Positions 59,180 to 64,000 of a stretch of DNA of 64,000 nt are shown here, in pieces. Both the position numbers and the translations under genes were made by a program. Origin of the DNA: an uncultured Friedmanniella sp. (GTDB lineage Bacteria > Actinomycetota > Actinomycetes > Propionibacteriales > Propionibacteriaceae); assembly GCA_964251895.1 (NCBI GenBank), contig CAXULL010000005.1:5746-69745 (forward strand), written 5' to 3'. Every line of letters begins with the position of its first letter. Positions within the stretch are counted from its first letter, which is position 1. The notes under the pieces were generated by a model that searched no databases, was not told where the DNA came from, and worked only from the letters and a program-made list of their open reading frames with translations.

Positions 59180-60427
59180 TCAGGACGTGATCGTGTAGAG
59201 CGAGGAGCGCATCGAGAACTTGCCCTGGAACGCGGACCCGCTCACCGTCTGCGTCTTCTTGCTCCCGACGATCTTGATGCTCACCACCCGCCCCCCGTAG
59301 CGGCCCGACCCGTCGCGCTTGGTGATCTTGAGCTGCTTGACCGTGCCGACCGAGGGGTAGGCGTGGGCGACCGCCTTGGCGGTGATCTTCCTGCTCCAGG
59401 CCTGCGAGCGGACGACGCCGTCGTACGGGTCCTTCTTCTCACGCAGGTAGGGGTAGCCACCGCTCGACATCGCGCCACCGTTGGAGGACGCGAACTGGGT
59501 CAGCGCCACCTGGCCGCCGAAGGTCACGATCGTGCCCGCCGTGGCCTTCGCCGCGGCGCTGCCGGCCTTGGTCTCGCGCACGATGCGCTTGCCGCCCGAC
59601 GTCGTCGTCGCCTTGCCGCCGTAGACCTGGCAGGCCGTCGTGTCGCAGATGTCGTAGCCGCTGTAGCTCGTGAAGTCCCGGATCCGGATCGCGTACGACC
59701 GGGCCGCGACCGCCTGCGCCCGGACGGCGTCGGGCGCCCAGGAGGTCGGCATCTCCGACGGGACGACCGAACGGACGTAGTCCTCCAGCCGGACCTTGTT
59801 GACCGTCCGTGCACCCGAGCCCCGCTTGATCAGCGAGGCGGTGCCGCGGTACTCCCGGGTCGCCCCGTTGGGCAGGCGGACCTTCACGACCTTGGCCTGG
59901 GTGGCGAAGTGCCAGGTGCTGGTGTCGAGCTTCGTCGAGAGCGTCGTGTACGCGCCGGCCGCGTTCTTCCACGACAGCCGGTAGCCCGAGCCGGACCGCT
60001 TGATGCGCCAGGATCGGTACTTCGAGCCGGTGGGCAGCGTGAGGCTGTGGTCGTGGGAGTCGTAGACCTTCAGCCCGGCCGCCGGCAGCACCCGCAGGTT
60101 GTTGTCGTTGTCCGCGGAGATCCAGACCTTGATCGACGTCGACGTGCTCAACGTCTTCAGCGTCGTGCCCGGGTAGTAGAAGGCGAGGATCTGGCGCCAG
60201 GACAGCCCCTTCTCCGCCGCGCCGTACGCGCCGTACTGCGACATCCCGTGGCCGTGGCCGTAGCCCGCCCCCTTGACGACGAAGCTCCCGCCCGACGGCT
60301 TGACCGCCGAGTCCGCCTCGGCGCCGGGCGCCACCAGCGCGCCCCCCAGCAGGAGCGAGCCCGCGGCGAGCAGGCTCGCCCCCGCTCTGATGATCCGGGT
60401 GCGGTGGAAGAAGCGGGGTCGCGTCAT
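59180..60427 (-). CDS. SpoIID/LytB domain protein (secreted)
   Basis: ATG at 60427 (MTRPRFFHRTRII...signal). GAGYGHGHGMSQYGAYGAA and ALTQFASSNGG motifs. Confidence 0.85.
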   Translation of the reverse strand: MTRPRFFHRTRIIRAGASLLAAGSLLLGGALVAPGAEADSAVKPSGGSFVVKGAGYGHGHGMSQYGAYGAAEKGLSWRQILAFYYPGTTLKTLSTSTSIKVWISADNDNNLRVLPAAGLKVYDSHDHSLTLPTGSKYRSWRIKRSGSGYRLSWKNAAGAYTTLSTKLDTSTWHFATQAKVVKVRLPNGATREYRGTASLIKRGSGARTVNKVRLEDYVRSVVPSEMPTSWAPDAVRAQAVAARSYAIRIRDFTSYSGYDICDTTACQVYGGKATTTSGGKRIVRETKAGSAAAKATAGTIVTFGGQVALTQFASSNGGAMSSGGYPYLREKKDPYDGVVRSQAWSRKITAKAVAHAYPSVGTVKQLKITKRDGSGRYGGRVVSIKIVGSKKTQTVSGSAFQGKFSMRSSLYTITS

Positions 60428-60587
60428 GGGAGCCGTCCTGGGGGGTTGGGACTCGGGCTCGCCCAAGGTTTCACGATGTCAAGCGCGACACGCCAGAGTT
60501 GAAGAAGAAAAACTTGAGGTTCATGTGACGCACGTGTTCTCGTCACCGTCTCCCCGTGTGGGCTGCGGCACAGGGGGTCGCCTCGAT

Positions 60588-60616
60588 TTGAACCGCGCAT
60601 GAGTCTCGCGTAACTT
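60588..60616 (+). promoter_or_regulatory. candidate SigA promoter for tRNA-fMet
   Basis: TTGAAC-N17-TAACTT, with the -10 element 12 nt upstream of the tRNA 5' end. Confidence 0.45.
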
Positions 60617-60628
60617 GGTGTTCACCGG

Positions 60629-60702
60629 CGCGGGGTGGAGCAGCTCGGTAGCTCGCTGGGCTCATAACCCAGAGGTCACAGGTTCAAATCCTGTCCCCGC
60701 TA
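60629..60702 (+). tRNA. initiator tRNA-fMet (anticodon CAT)
   Basis: CGCGGGGTGGAGCAGCTCGGTAGCTCGCTGGGCTCATAACCCAGAGGTCACAGGTTCAAATCCTGTCCCCGCTA. It has three G-C pairs closing the anticodon stem and a 1:72 mismatch, both initiator hallmarks. CCA is not encoded. Confidence 0.9.
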
Positions 60703-60946
60703 CGAAGAACGGCCCGCACAGGAGACTGGGCGGGCCGCTTCCGTCTCGGCAGCCGGTCTCGAGCCGTGAGCCCCATGGAGAACAGCCGGATCTCCACCCC
60801 TCGATCCGGCTCGTGCCCGACCAGCTGCACGAGCTGACCGGACCGGATCAGATACACGTGGCCTTCAGCTTCTGGCGCAGGTCCTCCACCAGCACGGCCA
60901 CGTCGCCGGAGGTGTACGAGCGGTCCTCCGCCTGCCGGCGTACGGG
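60684..60946 (-). pseudogene. frameshifted remnant of an HTH (excisionase/AlpA, HTH_17-like) gene abutting the tRNA
   Basis: The GC3-rich frame switches twice on the minus strand. One frame reads ...YTSGDVAVLVEDLRQKLKATCI*. The next frame continues HVYLIRSGQLVQLVGHEPDRGVEIRLFS. Adding one nucleotide would give KATVYLIRSGQL, close to the stvYrLIrsGeL core of HTH_17 proteins. There is no usable start codon. Confidence 0.3.
60710..60737 (+). terminator. stem-loop after tRNA-fMet
   Basis: CGGCCCGC-N12-GCGGGCCG followed by CTTCCGTCTC. Confidence 0.4.
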
Positions 60947-61696
60947 TCACCGGCCCGTTCTTGAGCCGGACCCACGACGTCGAGGACAGGCCGACGTGGG
61001 CTGGCGAACGCTGCCAGGAGAGCGGGTGGGGCGGTGACGGCGGCGGAGACGACGGTGGTGGTCGCGGAGGGTGCGGACGGGCGGGTGCTGCTGACGATGT
61101 GTACTCCTGCCGGTCGCCCACTGCCGCAGCGGCCCGTCCACCCGGAAGAACTGCGCGACCTCCATCTCCAGCTCCGCCTCGGTCACAGCCCTCCAGCGCG
61201 ACGACGTCAGCGCGTCGAAGTCGACGTGCGCCAGTCTCGGAAGCGCTACGCCGTCAGCGATCTCGCCCTCAGTGAGCTCGTCGAGGCAGCCGGCGGGCAA
61301 CAGCTTGATCACGTCGCTCACGCGCGACGACCAGATCGTCGCCGAGGCCGACAACGACACCCCGCCGTACTTCGCGGGGTCGACCTCCTTGCTCACCACC
61401 AGCTCGAGCGGAGCCTGCACCCACCCCGACGGAGCCAGGTCCACGGAGAAGGAGAGCGTCTTCTTCCCCCAGCCCCGCTCCTTCAACCCGGAACGGAGCG
61501 CGGAGGTCAGACGCACCAGCAGCGACCTGGTCGGTGACTTCGACACCCGGCGACCCCAGTGCTGAAATAGCTGGCCGGCGCTTCTTCCGCTGTCGTTCAG
61601 GCCGCCTCGTCCGACGCGCCGGCGAGTCGCTGTCCGGTCCTCGGGTTCGGTCTGCGCGACGCGGAAGGGGTAGGAGGTGCTGAGGCAGTCTTGCAA
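60947..61696 (-). CDS. hypothetical protein (possibly degraded at both ends)
   Basis: The central roughly 150 codons (GWGKKTLSFSVDLAPSGWVQAPLELVVSKEVDPAKYGG...EAELEMEVAQFFRVDGPLRQW) have high GC3. The flanks lose coding signal, and an upstream frame (VLAVYVAGPTLEICEPP) suggests a frameshift. Confidence 0.4.
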   Translation of the reverse strand: MQDCLSTSYPFRVAQTEPEDRTATRRRVGRGGLNDSGRSAGQLFQHWGRRVSKSPTRSLLVRLTSALRSGLKERGWGKKTLSFSVDLAPSGWVQAPLELVVSKEVDPAKYGGVSLSASATIWSSRVSDVIKLLPAGCLDELTEGEIADGVALPRLAHVDFDALTSSRWRAVTEAELEMEVAQFFRVDGPLRQWATGRSTHRQQHPPVRTLRDHHRRLRRRHRPTRSPGSVRQPTSACPRRRGSGSRTGR

Positions 61697-62225
61697 GGCG
61701 GGGTCGCCCGCTCGGATAACAGGGCGGCTCGCAGATCTCCAGGGTCGGCCCCGCCACGTAGACGGCCAGCACAGGCGACTGTGCCGTCCGTCTCCGTGTT
61801 GACAGTCAATCCCGAACCGTCGTGATCCTCACCGTCGGATCTTGCTCGCCTGCCCTCGCAGGTCGAGCAGTGCGCTCCAGCTGGAGGCACCGTCGGCCCG
61901 GTGGGTCCCGAGCTCCCCGACAGCGCTGACCAGAGGACGCGCTCACTCCGGCTGCTGGCGCCACCACACCGGAAGCTCGGAGCGCGGGTACCGCTGCAGC
62001 TCCAAGGTCAGCGACCCGGCCGAAAGTGTTTGCAGGTCGTACGGGCCCGTCGGAAGCTGGTCCGGGCGGGCGGGATCTCGGTCGGTGGCAGGGACGAAGG
62101 TCCTGACTTAACACGTCCACCGAAAGATGTGGTCCTGGGCACCTATCGTGAGTGCGACGTACGACCCACGCCCAAGGCTTCTGGAGAGGCTCCACATCGG
62201 GCCCATCGGTTGGGAGCGACCCGGC

Positions 62226-64000
62226 ATGGCGCACGCTCCCAGCAGGACCGTCGCACGGCGTTCCTACCCCTGGGCGGTGCGGTGGACGGGCCTGGTCCGT
62301 CTCCGCAAGTCGTCGCTCCCCCGTCGGGCCGCCCCCTCCTCAGGACCCCTCCGCACCTCCTCGCGGGAACGCTACCGACGGCCGCCCGACGTACCGCGCG
62401 ACGGCGCCTCGGCGCGCACCGTGCGCCGCATCAGCGTGGTGGTCGGCCTCTTCTACTACGTCGCCGCCGTCGTGATCCTCCGGGACGTCCTGCTCGCCAT
62501 CCCCGATGTGCTGGCCGGACGCTCCGTCATCGTCGGCGACGAGCTCGTCCCGTTCTTCGACGTGCACACCCAGCTGCTCGACCAGGCAGCCGGGAAGTTC
62601 AACGAGCTGACCAACGGCTACGAGTTCCGGGTCCGGTACGCGTTCCTGACCACCTGGGTCCGCTACTACAAGGTGCTCCCGTTCGCCCTGCTGCTGGTGA
62701 TCCCCTCGATCTACTTCGCCGTCTACCTCACGACGGCCCGCTTCATGGTGCGGGTGTTCACCACCCTCTCGGCGCAGGCGATCTATCTCGCTACGGCCTT
62801 CCCCGTGACGCTGATCTACATGATCATGACGTACGCCAAGGTGACGCACTTCTACACCTTGATCATCGGCCTCGCCCTCATGACCATCTCGGCGTTGTGG
62901 ATGAGCTTTGCCCTGCTCTTCGCCAGGACGAGTTGGAAGCGCTACGCCGTCCTGGCGAGCGTGGCCACGCTGCTCAACCCGGCGATCCACTACCTCATCC
63001 TGTTCAGCCTGTTCTTCGCCATCACCGTCTTCACCCTCTTCCTCGGCGAGCTCGCGCGCTGGCTCCGACGCGGCGGCCCGCTCCGGATCCGCAGGACCGG
63101 CCTCCCTCGCTGGCTGACCGGTCCCGCGCGGCGTCACGAGCTGCTGCTCACGGTCCGTCACTACCTGGGCACCACGCTCGGTCGCTGCGCCTGTGCCGGC
63201 GTGATCTACGCGAGCGTGACCCTGATCCCGTACGGGTTGTTCGTGAAGTACGTGGCGCTCCGCGGGGTGGCCAACCTGTCCGAGACCGTCCCCGGCGACT
63301 ACTACTTCATCCACGACGCCTCGGTGTCCTGGGTGCACCTGCTGGCCTGGGACCTCGCCGGCATCACCGACAAGCTGCTCTACGGCGACTACCTGGCCAA
63401 GGTGCCCCGCTACCCCGACATGATCTACACGCTGCTGCTGCTCGTCCCGCTGCTCGTGCCGCCCGTGACCCGGGCTCTCTTCGTCACCCGGGCCCACCGG
63501 CAGCTGCTCGGCGTGCTGTACGTGGTCATCGCCTTCGCCGCCTGGGCCACCATCGGCTACGCGCAGCCGCTGTGGCTGCCGACCTTCCACCGCGCGCTGG
63601 CCGCGCTCGCCCGCGGCGCCGACGGGACCAACTCACCCGCGGGCGACGCTCTCCTCAACGTCGCCGCCACCATCGTCCAGGTGCTGCGCTTCCCGCACCG
63701 CTTCCAGCTGATCTTGTTCATGCTGGCCCCGCTCGTGATGTCGCTGACGCTCGCCCTGGGCATCGACACCGTCACCGCGCGGCTGGTGGGGCGGGTGCGG
63801 CGGCCGGGCCGGGAGGACCCGAGCGACGGACGCACCCGGCTGCTCATGCGGGTGCTCGCGACCCTCTGCATCGGCTCGGTCTTCTTCACGCCGTTCTGGT
63901 CGAACGCCGCCTACCGCAAGGCGTACACGTCGGGAAACTTCGCCGGCTTCTTGGCGCCCTACCCGCTGCACGACCTCAGGGAGGTGAAGGACGTGCTCAA
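62226..64000 (+). CDS. large polytopic membrane protein, partial (continues past the right edge)
   Basis: The open frame has no stop from 62226 to the window end, so it is absent from the ORF track. It has high GC3 and at least 10 hydrophobic segments (VVVGLFYYVAAVVIL, LPFALLLVIPSIYFAVYL, LILFSLFFAITVFTLFL ...). The start is ATG 62226 or GTG 62277/62421. The family is unknown; a GT-C-like topology is possible. Confidence 0.62.
   Translation, partial: MAHAPSRTVARRSYPWAVRWTGLVRLRKSSLPRRAAPSSGPLRTSSRERYRRPPDVPRDGASARTVRRISVVVGLFYYVAAVVILRDVLLAIPDVLAGRSVIVGDELVPFFDVHTQLLDQAAGKFNELTNGYEFRVRYAFLTTWVRYYKVLPFALLLVIPSIYFAVYLTTARFMVRVFTTLSAQAIYLATAFPVTLIYMIMTYAKVTHFYTLIIGLALMTISALWMSFALLFARTSWKRYAVLASVATLLNPAIHYLILFSLFFAITVFTLFLGELARWLRRGGPLRIRRTGLPRWLTGPARRHELLLTVRHYLGTTLGRCACAGVIYASVTLIPYGLFVKYVALRGVANLSETVPGDYYFIHDASVSWVHLLAWDLAGITDKLLYGDYLAKVPRYPDMIYTLLLLVPLLVPPVTRALFVTRAHRQLLGVLYVVIAFAAWATIGYAQPLWLPTFHRALAALARGADGTNSPAGDALLNVAATIVQVLRFPHRFQLILFMLAPLVMSLTLALGIDTVTARLVGRVRRPGREDPSDGRTRLLMRVLATLCIGSVFFTPFWSNAAYRKAYTSGNFAGFLAPYPLHDLREVKDVL

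Noticed and set aside
60428-60628. Possible cyclic-di-AMP (ydaO-type) riboswitch or attenuator upstream of the SpoIID-like cell-wall gene, prompted by an AT-rich tract (60496-60526) and the minus-strand sequence GTGACG...CGTCAC followed by a T-run.
   Set aside because: I could not find the conserved ydaO elements (ACGGGGA/GGGGUGAAUC/CAGCUAACCUCGUA pattern). The hairpin has only 6 bp and is separated from the T-run by 12 nt. The region also has to house the tRNA-fMet promoter on the other strand.
60703-64000. Direct repeat of the tRNA-fMet 3' end that would mark the far att site of an integrated element.
   Set aside because: I found no copy of TCAAATCCTGTCCCCGC downstream within the window. 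The island boundary therefore cannot be defined here, and the element is treated as a decayed relic only.

Overview
High-GC (about 70-72%) actinobacterial chromosomal segment. The gene order resembles Mycobacterium/Nocardioides-type genomes, but the taxon is inference only. Most of the window is conserved housekeeping synteny.

(1) 1-13.4 kb, minus strand: atpB'-atpI-like-membrane protein-wecA-tsaC/sua5-prmC-prfA-rpmE-rho-thrB-thrC-hom-lysA, followed by tRNA-Arg(CCG).

(2) 13.5-22 kb, accessory-looking block: a GAF-ANTAR regulator, a GNAT/FemAB-like protein, a ceramidase-like protein, a beta-lactamase-fold hydrolase, an SMP-30 lactonase, two alpha/beta hydrolases and a GT87-like membrane glycosyltransferase.

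(3) 22-31 kb: kgd (2-oxoglutarate dehydrogenase E1/E2 fusion), a small acidic ORF, then GNAT, aldo/keto reductase and galK genes.

(4) 31-44.5 kb, a block matching the mycobacterial whiB1 ... aroA-rsgA region. It holds whiB1, an inserted GH13 amylase, pdtaS, a DUF3311 plus sodium:solute symporter pair, a 24-aa bL37-like ORF, rsrA-sigH/R, an SRAP peptidase, a DoxX-fusion protein, aroA, rsgA and hisN.

(5) 44.5-56 kb: a MobA/MocA-like gene, a 1261-aa secreted multidomain protein, xdhC, an orphan SigK-like ECF sigma, DUF779 plus aldehyde dehydrogenase plus a GAF regulator, CoxG-like, NUDIX, and a divergent hsp20/MerR pair.

(6) 57-64 kb: serA, a DmpA-like peptidase, a SpoIID-like protein, initiator tRNA-fMet, a roughly 1.5 kb decayed lower-GC segment, and a large membrane protein that runs off the right edge.

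I found no CRISPR array, rRNA, intact mobile element or recognisable defence system. The features worth a second look are:
- a repeat- and palindrome-dense spacer at 26.5 kb, related to a palindrome at 37.05 kb;
- the gene-decay zone next to tRNA-fMet;
- the anchorless giant surface protein that splits a molybdoenzyme-maturation gene set lacking catalytic subunits;
- an ECF sigma with no anti-sigma partner;
- several coding tandem repeats.

Many long ORFs in the track are antisense or out-of-frame artefacts of the high GC content.
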